Shown one piece after another: positions 49,915-60,272 of a DNA stretch of 64,000 nt. How positions within the stretch are numbered: the stretch's first letter is position 1; the number at the start of each line of letters is the position of its first letter. This stretch comes from a virus (taxonomy: Duplodnaviria > Caudoviricetes). The position numbers were made by a program, and so were the translations under genes. A model generated the notes under the pieces. It was not told the DNA's origin, made no database searches, and saw nothing but the letters and a program-made list of their open reading frames with translations. The stretch is taken from positions 1 to 64,000 of the IMG/VR virus record IMGVR_UViG_3300014205_000008, one strand, 5' to 3'.

Positions 49915-50385
49915 TTATTCCTCCTTAATTATTGCAGATAATCCTTCTAATTCAAATGCAGAGAATGAGAATGGATGATCTTTTCCTTCACCATCAACTG
50001 TATAAAGACCTTCAAGTGAACTTAGATCAATTTTATAAAGGTCTATTTTTACTTCTTCTTTAAGTATCTCTTTGTACTTGTCAAGAAATTCTTTTTGTTC
50101 TACCTCATACTGTTTCAAAGCTTCATTCAGCTTATCCATATCTGTAAACTGGTATCTGTTATTCTCAACAAGTGGAGCTTTTGTTTTCTCGTCAATTTTG
50201 TAGAAAGATTTAATAATCTTATCTCTACCTTCATTATACTCTTTAGTTACTCCTTCAAGGTCTTCAACTTCCCCTTTTAATAAACGAAGATTACGATTAA
50301 CTCCATAAGGGAACTTAACATTTCCTCTTAAATGTTTAAAACTAGTTAACTGATTGTTCAACTCAACGATTTCTTTCTTTGTCAT
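49915..50385 (-). CDS. Hypothetical protein, paralog of 48642-49103
   Basis: See paralog. Confidence 0.7.
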   Translation of the reverse strand: MTKKEIVELNNQLTSFKHLRGNVKFPYGVNRNLRLLKGEVEDLEGVTKEYNEGRDKIIKSFYKIDEKTKAPLVENNRYQFTDMDKLNEALKQYEVEQKEFLDKYKEILKEEVKIDLYKIDLSSLEGLYTVDGEGKDHPFSFSAFELEGLSAIIKEE

Positions 50386-50414
50386 TTTCTTACTTTTTTA
50401 ATTAATATATTCTA

Positions 50415-53042
50415 TTATTCTAACTTATAAATTCTCCAATAGGTTTCATTATTATATGCTAAATATAGTTTATTAGCAAGTAGACTAATAGTACTTACTG
50501 CTGATTCAGAGGCACTAGAAAAAAGATAAGTACCTGAACCTTCTCCTTGTGATAGTGTACAATTTGCGGTAGGAGCTATATAATATGTTCTACCATGTGA
50601 AGCAGCTACAGTTGGTAATGTTCCACCACCTGCTCCTAGTGTAGTCATAACATTAGCACCAAAACTAGTAGCATTATTAAATCCTAATGAACCTACCAAG
50701 TCCAAGGTTGATACTGGAGAAGTTACATTAATTCCTAAATTTATAACTGTAGCTATATCTCCTACTAATATAAGTGGGTATTTAATAATTTGACTAGGGG
50801 TAGCATCGCTTCCTATAGACTTGAATTTAAAACTACCATATACATTAGTATTATAAGTATCTTCAGATTCAAACAATAGTGTTGCACTAAGTTCTCCATC
50901 GGCAGCAGTAAAATCCATACCACCATAATAAACAGTACTGTTGTCACCAAAGTAATATCCACCACTGTTAGGAGCATAATATGAATTAGCCAATACTACA
51001 CCATTTACGTCTAACGTAGTTAAATCCCATGTTAAATTAGTGCTACCTTCAATTCCATCACCATTCCCTATTGCAACTTGATTGTCTACTATAGGAGTTC
51101 CTGAACTTGACCAGAGTAAATTTTTAGTAACTCCAATAGCTCTAATATACATACCTGTTCCGGTAGTCCATATATCTCCATCATTAGGAGAAGTTGGTGC
51201 TCCACCTTCCCTTAGATTAAATCCAGCACCTGCTGTTGTAGATGCTGCTGCTGTAATTAGACCAGTAGTAACGGTTAAACTTCCAACTAAAGAAAGTGTA
51301 CCAGTAAATGTATCAGTAGTATTTAATAAGTAATTAGCTAAATCTCCAGACCAATTATTTATCCAAGTAGTTCCTGTTGCTGTTGAACTTAGTATTTGAC
51401 CTGATGTACCTATATCCCCACTTGTATCATAAAAGCCTCCTGTTAAATGAAAACCGTAATAAGCATAAAATTCTCCACTTTTTAATACTTTTATAGCATC
51501 TAATAGTGTTGCTGGATTTGAACCTATACCTATCTCAAATATAGGATCGGTTGATACCCAAGACGTAGGGGTTCCTCCTCCAATATTATATCGTCCAATA
51601 GCTACTCCCAAATAAGAATCAACTACTGTTGTTCCTATTGCTACTGATAAGCCTGCATTTGCTTCACCCGATGTCATTGCTACTGACGTAGCACCATTTG
51701 CTGTTGAATTAGAAAGGGCTGTAGCTTGCTCTGCACTAGCAACTGAATTATCACCAAAAGCTGAAGAGGAAGTCCCACTAGCTGTTGTAGAATTCCCTGT
51801 TGCAAGAGAATAGTTTCCTATATTAGCATCATCCCATTGAGTCCCATCTACTGAACCAGCCCTAAACGCATATTTAGATGGAATCCACATAAGTCTTATC
51901 CCTGCATCTGATGCTGGGGTCGTCCCAGCCCCTCCTATAAGCAGTAAAGTCCCATCCTTCAAAGTAAGTAATTCGCTTGTTCTTGTTAGGTTTGCATCGC
52001 TGGTTAACCCATCGCTTGTAGCGTTTCCGTATGCTACTTGTGTGGTGGGGATAGTTACTAAACCTACTGCATCACTCCAATGGCGACCATCTAAGAGGTC
52101 TGCGTTTAGGTTGGTGTTAACAGTTGTTGACGTAACAGCAAATGGTGAGGTTCCTGTTGCAAGACTGGAAGTAAGTTGGCTACTATATGTTTTAGCTCCC
52201 GCAAATGTTTGAGTTCCTGTTGTGACTACTCCACCAAAAGATGCGGATGCTGGTTCTAAATTAAGTACCTGAGTAGACAAAGTCATACCATTAGCATTAG
52301 GAGTACTTCCTATTGCTGCTAGTGTTATTGGATTGTGACCTGCTGCTGTTATATCACTTGTAAAAGCAAACTGTTTCCTTTCTTCTCCAGTAGTTATTGT
52401 TCCGTACCAGGCATCAGTATCAAATTCTACTTTACCTGCAACTGGAACTGTTAGTAAAGGGCCTGATGTGAATCCTAAAGGAGATGTCCCTGCTGTGGCT
52501 GAACCTGCTGCTAAATGAAGTTTAGATGTTGGAGTAGTTAAGTCGATGCCGACGTTGCCATCAGCTAAAATTCTCATTCGCTCTGTAATTGTTGCTCCAT
52601 TGTTTGTTGATAATGTTATATAACTGGTTTTACTTCCTCCATAACCTGCTTTAATAGGCAATTCACCATCTCCAAACAAGGAGTAACCGTTAGTTGCCGA
52701 TAATAGGTAGCTCCCACTTATAAAATAACTAGTTGCTCTAACATCTCCCTTAACATCTAATTTATATCCTGGTGCCGTCGTCCCGATGCCGAAACTCTTA
52801 TTAACGTCATTCCAAAACAACTCACTAGTCTCTGTATGCACCCACTTTGCGGCAGTTGAATCCCAGAAGGCTAGTTGACCTTGGGCTGTTCCTTTCTCTA
52901 TCCTATCTAATGCTAGTTCATGATTTACTACACCATCTCCAATAAACAGTTCATGTGAATCAGTAGTGAATGCAAATTCAGCAGGATTTAATGTTCCTAT
53001 GTTTGCTAGAACACCTCTTTTTATTTGGATGGTATTTGCCAT
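50415..53042 (-). CDS. Tail fibre / receptor-binding protein (Mtd-N-like start, YadA-like repeats)
   Basis: MANTIQIKRG..E.AFTTD..LFIGDG; GIGTT.P..KLDV.G; A.G..S.A.G repeats. Confidence 0.8.
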   Translation of the reverse strand: MANTIQIKRGVLANIGTLNPAEFAFTTDSHELFIGDGVVNHELALDRIEKGTAQGQLAFWDSTAAKWVHTETSELFWNDVNKSFGIGTTAPGYKLDVKGDVRATSYFISGSYLLSATNGYSLFGDGELPIKAGYGGSKTSYITLSTNNGATITERMRILADGNVGIDLTTPTSKLHLAAGSATAGTSPLGFTSGPLLTVPVAGKVEFDTDAWYGTITTGEERKQFAFTSDITAAGHNPITLAAIGSTPNANGMTLSTQVLNLEPASASFGGVVTTGTQTFAGAKTYSSQLTSSLATGTSPFAVTSTTVNTNLNADLLDGRHWSDAVGLVTIPTTQVAYGNATSDGLTSDANLTRTSELLTLKDGTLLLIGGAGTTPASDAGIRLMWIPSKYAFRAGSVDGTQWDDANIGNYSLATGNSTTASGTSSSAFGDNSVASAEQATALSNSTANGATSVAMTSGEANAGLSVAIGTTVVDSYLGVAIGRYNIGGGTPTSWVSTDPIFEIGIGSNPATLLDAIKVLKSGEFYAYYGFHLTGGFYDTSGDIGTSGQILSSTATGTTWINNWSGDLANYLLNTTDTFTGTLSLVGSLTVTTGLITAAASTTAGAGFNLREGGAPTSPNDGDIWTTGTGMYIRAIGVTKNLLWSSSGTPIVDNQVAIGNGDGIEGSTNLTWDLTTLDVNGVVLANSYYAPNSGGYYFGDNSTVYYGGMDFTAADGELSATLLFESEDTYNTNVYGSFKFKSIGSDATPSQIIKYPLILVGDIATVINLGINVTSPVSTLDLVGSLGFNNATSFGANVMTTLGAGGGTLPTVAASHGRTYYIAPTANCTLSQGEGSGTYLFSSASESAVSTISLLANKLYLAYNNETYWRIYKLE

Positions 53043-53590
53043 TAATTCTTTTTCTTAATAGTTCTCTTTGGTTTTGTTGATAATCTTTCTATCTCTTCTG
53101 ATTTCTCTTGGAGTATAGCTTTCATATCTTTAACCTCTTTTTCTTTTACAACAAGTTCTTTCTTTAATATTGAACTCTGATTACTTTCTTCTGCTAACTT
53201 AGTTGTTACATAATTCAACTTTTCTGTTTTAGAAGATAAACTTCTCTCTAAATTTACTTTATCTTCTTTAAGTTTATTTAGTTCAAGAATACGTTCATCA
53301 TTTAGTTTTCTTTCTTTAACCAACGTTTCGTCAAGTCTTCTATTGTTTTCTGCTAACAAAGCATTAGATTCTGCTACTTTTTTTTCTTTAGTAGCTAAGT
53401 TCTCTTGCATAGCTTTTGTACCAAGATAAGCTTCTTCAGCTACCTTAATCTTCTTTATTAACAACATCTTTTCTTTATTGTAGTTAAGCTTCTCTACATT
53501 AAGCCTACCTATTTCCATAATAAGATCATCGACACCTAGTAGACTATCTCCTGTATTCTCTTTGATATTACTTACTTCTGCGTCTTGCAT
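53042..53590 (-). CDS. Coiled-coil hypothetical protein
   Basis: K/E-rich heptads. Confidence 0.65.
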   Translation of the reverse strand: MQDAEVSNIKENTGDSLLGVDDLIMEIGRLNVEKLNYNKEKMLLIKKIKVAEEAYLGTKAMQENLATKEKKVAESNALLAENNRRLDETLVKERKLNDERILELNKLKEDKVNLERSLSSKTEKLNYVTTKLAEESNQSSILKKELVVKEKEVKDMKAILQEKSEEIERLSTKPKRTIKKKN

Positions 53591-53601
53591 ATCTCTATAT
53601 A

Positions 53602-55014
53602 TTAAAATGAACCTCCATCAATTATAGCCATAAATTCAACAGCATTACCTGCGGCATTAACACGTAAAAGACTATAAGCTTCACCTGTATAAGCTGCTGG
53701 AGTGTCATCTAATTCAAGAAAGGTATCTGCTGTAGCTGCTAATTCATCTACATAAGCCTTAGTAACAAGATATTCATCTGAACCTGTTTCTGCTGCTCCA
53801 CGAGCTACTCCCATAAAAGAGTCAGCAGTAGAACCAATAGTAAAACTTATTCTTCCAGCAGTTCCAAATCCAATTCTATCTGCTGTAGTTTTACCTACCC
53901 ATCCTGTAGTTTGTAAATTTGCAGAACCATGATTAAAATTTCCTGTAGAATGAACTATTTGATCTGTTGCGCCAAAGTATTGAATTGCTCCATCTGCTAA
54001 ATATAGATCACTCCACATCTTAGTAGCAGAACCTAATGCAATAGTATCTGTAGTCCCAGGTAACAAAGACTTATTAATAGCAACTGTATCTTCTAAATTA
54101 CTTAACCATTTATTAGCACCACCACCTACTTGTGAAAACTGTACAAAAGTTAATGTAGTAGTATCAACAGTAATTGGATTGTTTGTAGACAACATCCAAC
54201 CTTGATCAGCATGAACAGTACCTTCAGTAATGAAAGTATATGTACCTGCCATTACTTCATCATCTTCATCATAGTCTGTAACACGAGTCAATATTGCAGC
54301 TACACCAGCAGTACCCTCAGTAGTAACTTCATATATACCACCATTAGAAGTATAACCTGATATTAAAATCCTATCTCCTAATACAGTATTAACACTATCA
54401 ATAGTAAGTATTCCAACAGCATCCATTGTCAAAGTCTTTCCAACCTTACTACCAGCCGCTGTATAAGCAGGGAGTTCTCCAGCAAGAGCAAGTACTCTAC
54501 AGCTTTCTTTTGATCTTACACCCATCGCTAGAGCATCTGCATAAGATTTAATAACATAGTCATCATCAAGTATAGGAGCAGTACCAGCTCTAAGTAGATA
54601 ACCTCCCATTGAGAAATCAGCAGCAGCTTGTCCGCTCAATGCGGCCATAGTCTCTGCGCCAGTTAATCCTTCTATACCAGCAGCTGTAAATCTTGCAAAT
54701 TCATTATCATTTGGACTGCCATCAACTTGTAACATATTGTTATCTGCAATACCAATAGCTACAGCCGCTATATTTCCCCCTGTCAGTCTACCAACAATAG
54801 TTTGTTCTGTAACTGTTAATGCTAAAGGAGTATCGTCTGCATTAGCAGCTAATATGCTATTAGCACCAAAAAGTTTGTGCATTACAACTTCCCAGTTAGT
54901 AGTACCATCGCCTATATGAAGTTGCGCTGTATCTGTAGAAAAACCTAACTCTCCTGCACTAAGAGTAGGAAGAGATGCAAAGAGACCCCTTTTTATTTGT
55001 ATTTTATTTGCCAT
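53602..55014 (-). CDS. Tail fibre protein (Mtd-N-like start)
   Basis: MANKIQIKRG..LPTL.AGELG..TDT..L.IGDG; KSY.D..A.G..KES.RV; ends IDGGSF. Confidence 0.8.
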   Translation of the reverse strand: MANKIQIKRGLFASLPTLSAGELGFSTDTAQLHIGDGTTNWEVVMHKLFGANSILAANADDTPLALTVTEQTIVGRLTGGNIAAVAIGIADNNMLQVDGSPNDNEFARFTAAGIEGLTGAETMAALSGQAAADFSMGGYLLRAGTAPILDDDYVIKSYADALAMGVRSKESCRVLALAGELPAYTAAGSKVGKTLTMDAVGILTIDSVNTVLGDRILISGYTSNGGIYEVTTEGTAGVAAILTRVTDYDEDDEVMAGTYTFITEGTVHADQGWMLSTNNPITVDTTTLTFVQFSQVGGGANKWLSNLEDTVAINKSLLPGTTDTIALGSATKMWSDLYLADGAIQYFGATDQIVHSTGNFNHGSANLQTTGWVGKTTADRIGFGTAGRISFTIGSTADSFMGVARGAAETGSDEYLVTKAYVDELAATADTFLELDDTPAAYTGEAYSLLRVNAAGNAVEFMAIIDGGSF

Positions 55015-55025
55015 TATTTTATATT

Positions 55026-55676
55026 TTAAAATGAACCACCATCAATATTAACTTCATCACTACCACCTATTTCGTGTTGAGTATGATGATGTTCTAACGC
55101 ATATTCTGTATGAGAATGTGCAAAACTTTCTATGATTTCACTACCATTAAGCATTGTAAATACTACCGAACTAATATTTTCAGCATTAACATTAGCTAAA
55201 TAAGTAACATCAGTTAATAAATTATATCTACCATCTAAATCTTTTGTTAAATCACTACCTACATTCCTGCCTAAAGTAAGTATACCAGTTGCGGTATCAA
55301 ACTCTAAAGAATTAACATATTCATCTGCGGGAGGAGTATATGTATTATTAATTGTAATGTCACCATTCTCTTCATAAACAATAGATATGTCAGTACCAGA
55401 TACTAAATTAATTGAATCATTTGATCCAATTTCAACAACGGGTATTCCGTCTATATTTAAATTCCAGACAATAGAATCAAGGACAAGTTCAAGAGATCCT
55501 GTATAAATAGGTATATCATCATCTAGTCCTTGATTCGTAGTTAATTTTGTCTGTGCTGGCGCTGACCAGTCTCTAAATTTTTTTGAAAATCTATCCTCTG
55601 TATCTTGTATTCTATCAACCTTCAGTCTATCCCACGTCCAGTCCCATATTAATTGTTTTTGTTCGTATGATAACAT
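55026..55676 (-). CDS. Fibre-associated structural protein
   Basis: G.LTL.R...DL..DLDGRY motif; ends IDGGSF. Confidence 0.6.
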   Translation of the reverse strand: MLSYEQKQLIWDWTWDRLKVDRIQDTEDRFSKKFRDWSAPAQTKLTTNQGLDDDIPIYTGSLELVLDSIVWNLNIDGIPVVEIGSNDSINLVSGTDISIVYEENGDITINNTYTPPADEYVNSLEFDTATGILTLGRNVGSDLTKDLDGRYNLLTDVTYLANVNAENISSVVFTMLNGSEIIESFAHSHTEYALEHHHTQHEIGGSDEVNIDGGSF

Positions 55677-55709
55677 ATTCTTAAATATTTAAATACAGGT
55701 ATATATTTT

Positions 55710-56957
55710 TTATATTGATTGTAATACTAATTTTCTCCAATTTGCACCAGAAATAGTATTTGCGGTCATGGCTATATAAAGATTTGTAGAATCATAATAT
55801 AATTGGCCTGTCCCAGCGACAGTTCCATTAACTCCTCCCGCAAGAAATAAATCACCATTAGTCCACGAACCATCAGCAAGAGTTTCTGCTATACCAATTG
55901 AGTTCCCTGAAACTCCTTTAATTAAAGATGTGGCCGTCATTGTAGCTGGACTTGCTTTTACAGCTGTAGCATTTGCATTAACTACAGTACCAGTTCCATA
56001 TAAAACACCTTCGTTAGTGCCTGCTCCAGCATCATATGTAATTGCAAGAACTAAATTATTAATAGAATCTTCAGTAGTAGCGCCAATTAATACATCATTA
56101 GCGGTTTGTACCGCAATCCCGCCAACTAAAGTAGTATTCCCCCAAGTAGCATGAGTAGCGGTTCCGGCGGTATCATATTGATTACCTAGAGTCCCAACAG
56201 TATCATATGTAACTAACATTGTATCAGCAGTAGCTTTACTAGCGGTAACTGCACCTTGTGATAAAGTATCAACTGAATAATTAGTACCTTCTACACCAGT
56301 ACCCTCAATAGCGGCAATTAAATTATCCATTGAAGCTTCAGTAGTTGTAGCGGCAATTAAAACTTCATTTGCAACAGTTGGTTCAGCGCTAAGAGCGGTT
56401 TTAAAAGTATAAGTAGTATTTCCCATTAATACAGTATCTCCATCATGTGGTTGATCTGTATTCATTGTCAAGGTTCCTGTTGCTGCAACACCTGCTCCAA
56501 CTGCTACTCTAAATTTATAAGCAGTTCCTCCTATTGTAATTAAAGTGGCTTCTACTGGATTTGTACCAATAGTTAATACACTACTTGCTGCTACCGCATT
56601 TAACGGAGTACCTGAAATTACAATATTATCTAATTGTGTCTGAATATTAGAACTAACATTGTTTAAATATCCTAATTCTGTATCCGTAATTACTGCAGTC
56701 CCATAAGTTACTGCAGTAATATTACCAACATATATATCATTTGCTGTTGAATTTCCAGCTGTTGTTACATTATCAAGTGTTTGTAACGCACCAATACTTG
56801 AGGTTACAAATTTATTAGTTGCGCTTGGTGTGTCAGTTCCTGTAGGAATTGCTTCTCTTTCATTTAAAGATAGATGCTCACTAAAATAAAATGCATGAGC
56901 ACGTCTTGCCCATGAATCTAAATTATTTCTGTAGAATTTTGTATATATATTACTCAT
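55710..56957 (-). CDS. Structural or fibre protein with nested domain duplication
   Basis: T/A/G-rich; two related A.G.LT..P..G..V.IG..Y.F repeats. Confidence 0.65.
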   Translation of the reverse strand: MSNIYTKFYRNNLDSWARRAHAFYFSEHLSLNEREAIPTGTDTPSATNKFVTSSIGALQTLDNVTTAGNSTANDIYVGNITAVTYGTAVITDTELGYLNNVSSNIQTQLDNIVISGTPLNAVAASSVLTIGTNPVEATLITIGGTAYKFRVAVGAGVAATGTLTMNTDQPHDGDTVLMGNTTYTFKTALSAEPTVANEVLIAATTTEASMDNLIAAIEGTGVEGTNYSVDTLSQGAVTASKATADTMLVTYDTVGTLGNQYDTAGTATHATWGNTTLVGGIAVQTANDVLIGATTEDSINNLVLAITYDAGAGTNEGVLYGTGTVVNANATAVKASPATMTATSLIKGVSGNSIGIAETLADGSWTNGDLFLAGGVNGTVAGTGQLYYDSTNLYIAMTANTISGANWRKLVLQSI

Positions 56958-56978
56958 CTTTTTGTTTGTTTATATTGT

Positions 56979-57007
56979 AAAAAAAAAGAGAGGAAGTTAC
57001 TCCTCCC
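56979..57007 (-). terminator. Rho-independent terminator
   Basis: Minus strand GGGAGGA-GTAACT-TCCTCTC-T9. Confidence 0.75.
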
Positions 57008-57037
57008 TTTTAATAATCTGTAAATTAATAGGATAAA

Positions 57038-58261
57038 TTAAGCTGCTGTCAATCCAGAGATTGATGTTGCTGTATTTAAGTCAATATTGAGTTTAATTTC
57101 TTCTGCTGATGGCATAAATATATAAATTTCACCAATAGAAGCCGGAGCCTGTCCAACAATATTAGTAAATTCAGAATCTTTCCATTTAAGGTAAGTACCT
57201 TTTTGTCCATTAGCATTAGTAAGTGTAGTATAAATAGTAGCAGAGCTAAGTTGACTATCTACAGGCAGAGTATCTACTCTGTATCCAAATCCACGATTTC
57301 CCATTGCAAACCATTCAAGTTCTTTAATCTGATTTGTAGTTAAAGATCCTTTACTTCCTTCTGTAACTGTTTCGGTAGTTAAATCACCAGCAAGCAAATC
57401 AAACGTATAGTTTAAATCTCTCCATGTGCCAGCGATAAAATTTGTACGAGCAGCTGCGGTGAATTCTAATTTTACTACGGCAGCAGCACCTAAAACAGCT
57501 GTAATTTGCTCCATAGTGTTATTAGCTACGGCAGCATTAGTAGCCCCAGCATAAGGACGATCTAAAGTAATTGTTTCTGCAGTAGTATCAATTGCTGAAA
57601 TCAAGTAAACTGGATCAGTCACAGCTGTTCCAAATCTAATAAATACTCCAGCTGCTAAAGCCGTTGCTCCTGTTGCATCATCTACATCTGTACCGAAAGT
57701 TACCGTCTTAGAACCATTGGTAACAGCAGCTGTTCCAGCGCCAGTCCCTATAATTGCTCCGGCATGATCCATTAAAATTTCTCCAGTAATATACTGTTCT
57801 GGTTCACGAGCCATATTAGCATCAAAGTTTATCAGTAGCCTACTAGCTATAGTATAAGCATCTACGGCAGTAGTTAAAGTTTTATACGTTGCACTCTTCA
57901 TCATAGCTTTATTACCATAGGTAGTCATGCTATCTTTAATTACAAACCACAAAGTAGTTACTTCGTCTTTTGCTACTCCATCAGGAATAGTTACCGTTTT
58001 CTTTGTATAAGTAGGTGCTACATATACACTTGATTTTGCTTTAAGAATATTTACTCCACTCAAAAATGGAGAGAATTCTAATACTCCTTTATCGTTGTAT
58101 TTTGCAATACGGAATCTTTGCCCTGTAATAGAAGTTCCGCCTGCTCCATTGAGCCAAGTTCCATTTTCTAATTGAATCCCAATTTCTCCAGCTGCATTAG
58201 GAGCGGCAGAAGCCGAGAACGAACTGCCTACAAAGACATACGTTACGTTATTTTCATTCAT
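57038..58261 (-). CDS. Auxiliary capsid (decoration) protein
   Basis: A/T/G-rich, 407 aa; I.ELEWFA.GNRG motif; position after the ring genes as in crAss-like phages. Confidence 0.65.
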   Translation of the reverse strand: MNENNVTYVFVGSSFSASAAPNAAGEIGIQLENGTWLNGAGGTSITGQRFRIAKYNDKGVLEFSPFLSGVNILKAKSSVYVAPTYTKKTVTIPDGVAKDEVTTLWFVIKDSMTTYGNKAMMKSATYKTLTTAVDAYTIASRLLINFDANMAREPEQYITGEILMDHAGAIIGTGAGTAAVTNGSKTVTFGTDVDDATGATALAAGVFIRFGTAVTDPVYLISAIDTTAETITLDRPYAGATNAAVANNTMEQITAVLGAAAVVKLEFTAAARTNFIAGTWRDLNYTFDLLAGDLTTETVTEGSKGSLTTNQIKELEWFAMGNRGFGYRVDTLPVDSQLSSATIYTTLTNANGQKGTYLKWKDSEFTNIVGQAPASIGEIYIFMPSAEEIKLNIDLNTATSISGLTAA

Positions 58262-58283
58262 AATAATTAAATATTAAATTAAA

Positions 58284-58913
58284 TTACCCTCCTTGTTTTA
58301 TGACACTAAGAGAGTTTAGCGCTAATTGAATAGCAATATCGACAATATTTTCTAAGTCAATATCTTTAAATTCTAAGCTTGTTGAATCTTCTGTCGAAAA
58401 TTCTATTGTTTGAGGACTAGTTAAATACCTATAAATATAATTTACTGGTGTAATTCCACTTGAAATTATCTCAACATAGCCATCTACATCTAATCTCCAC
58501 ACTAAATCTACATATGGATTCTTAAACGGATTCTTTATATTTGCATGATATTGATCATGCGTTATTGGTTTTGAGGTTATTCTTGCTCCAGTAGATGTTG
58601 TAACGTATTCCTCAACTATTCTATACAAAGTTCCATCAACTGATGAAGGAAGTGTATAGAATTTAGATGTTGTACTTAAGGCTGTTACACCTGTAGGAGA
58701 TACTGATGTTAATGAATGACTCTTTGTAAATGGAGACAACACTCTTCTTACCTCTTCGTTACGCTCAAACACATCAGCTAAAGCTTTAAAATATCCATTC
58801 TGTGCATTATTTAGGAAAACCTCAACTTCACTTGTTAAGAAAGTCTTGTTTGTATTAGTCATTAAAGGACCAATCTTGCTTTCAAACAAGAATAATAGTT
58901 CATACTTATTCAT
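58284..58913 (-). CDS. Tail ring protein (paralog 3)
   Basis: EVEVFLNNAQ, NPFKNP, Y.YRYL..P, IVD.A..LA. Confidence 0.7.
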   Translation of the reverse strand: MNKYELLFLFESKIGPLMTNTNKTFLTSEVEVFLNNAQNGYFKALADVFERNEEVRRVLSPFTKSHSLTSVSPTGVTALSTTSKFYTLPSSVDGTLYRIVEEYVTTSTGARITSKPITHDQYHANIKNPFKNPYVDLVWRLDVDGYVEIISSGITPVNYIYRYLTSPQTIEFSTEDSTSLEFKDIDLENIVDIAIQLALNSLSVIKQGG

Positions 58914-58921
58914 ACTATATC

Positions 58922-59611
58922 TTATTTAGTTTGAACTAACCTCATTTTAAATTCATTTACATATGTATTAACTGACAGTCTAACTATTTCTTCATGCAAG
59001 AATGGAGCTAATTCACATTTACTTGTAATAGAATACGTTAATGCTGTAGGTTGTTTTATATATGTAATAGCATTATTAATTGGGGCAGACATTAATCTAT
59101 CAACAACAGTAATAAATTTATCATAATCCTTATCTCCACTATGATTACGGATAGTAACAACTGGAGATAACAATAACGGTTTATTATTTGGAGTCTCAAT
59201 AAGTCTATCTAACTCTTTATAGTCAACTTCTTCATTATTAACCCACTTTGTTGTAGTAGCTAAAAAGTCTGTTCTAGTTATTTCTGTATCAGATCTAATA
59301 TAAGCTAAAAAATCAGATGGTAAATCACATGAAAAAGCATTTTTTAAATATGGTATTGCTGTAAAAACAATAGGGGTTACGTTATATGAATTATTTACTA
59401 ACTCATTTAACTCTCCTATATTAATTCTTAATCTTAAAGCTTTCTCCTTAAAAGAAGAATCACTTAAGTATTTCTCTTTAATATACCTATTTATAGTTCT
59501 GTTAATGTAATCTAAAATTTCATATGAATCAAGTCTCTCTTTATCTTTAAATGTTGGACTAATCGTAAACAAGAGTTGTTGAAACGAATATACCATTTCT
59601 TTAGCGTTCAT
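58922..59611 (-). CDS. Tail ring protein (paralog 2)
   Basis: MNAKEM...F, LP.DF..YI, YIKQP, CEL...LHEEIV. Confidence 0.7.
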   Translation of the reverse strand: MNAKEMVYSFQQLLFTISPTFKDKERLDSYEILDYINRTINRYIKEKYLSDSSFKEKALRLRINIGELNELVNNSYNVTPIVFTAIPYLKNAFSCDLPSDFLAYIRSDTEITRTDFLATTTKWVNNEEVDYKELDRLIETPNNKPLLLSPVVTIRNHSGDKDYDKFITVVDRLMSAPINNAITYIKQPTALTYSITSKCELAPFLHEEIVRLSVNTYVNEFKMRLVQTK

Positions 59612-59612
59612 A

Positions 59613-60266
59613 TCAATTTGATTTACTGTTATCTTGCTGTCTAACTCTTGTATCGTTAGTAACGATTAAAGCATTTAAAACAGCTTTATTTACAATGTCC
59701 TGATGCCATTTTTCACTTAATTCACTATCCTGTGTAGTTTGAGTCATTTCTAAAGGCATCCTTAGATATTTTAATCTATAAGAAAATTGATCAGTTAAAT
59801 CACTTTCTATTATAGTATCGTTATCTATTACCAATAGAATTTTACCATCTTTTACTGTTACAATTGGATTGATTAATATTAAGTTATTTAATGCTGAATT
59901 TATAAACTTGTCTATAAGATTTACATCAATTAACTCACATCTTATCCATGAAGCAACCGCTATTACAGGATGAGAGACCCTTGTCAATATTACCTTTGAA
60001 CTAATATAGAACATAAAGTCTGCTGGTAGTTCTATATAATTCAAGGTAACTTCTTCAGGATCAGTTCCTACCGTTTGCATATTAACTTCTTTTACAAGTG
60101 AATATAAATGGTTAGGACCGTTATTTATAAAGACCTTTTCAACAATCTCTTTTTGTGCTTTATTTAAAAAAGAAATAATTTCACTATCCTCAAACCCAGC
60201 AACAGCTCCACTACCATTTAAATCATATTCTAATAAAAAAGCATCTATCATTTGTTGAGTAGTCAT
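59613..60266 (-). CDS. Tail ring protein (paralog 1)
   Basis: MTT.QM...F..EYD..AGF...EI..FLNKAQ, SEL...WHQDIV. Confidence 0.75.
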   Translation of the reverse strand: MTTQQMIDAFLLEYDLNGSGAVAGFEDSEIISFLNKAQKEIVEKVFINNGPNHLYSLVKEVNMQTVGTDPEEVTLNYIELPADFMFYISSKVILTRVSHPVIAVASWIRCELIDVNLIDKFINSALNNLILINPIVTVKDGKILLVIDNDTIIESDLTDQFSYRLKYLRMPLEMTQTTQDSELSEKWHQDIVNKAVLNALIVTNDTRVRQQDNSKSN

Positions 60267-60272
60267 ATTTTA

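Noticed and set aside
50415-55014. Diversity-generating retroelement acting on the Mtd-N-like fibres
   Set aside because: No reverse transcriptase or TR/VR repeat pair seen in the window
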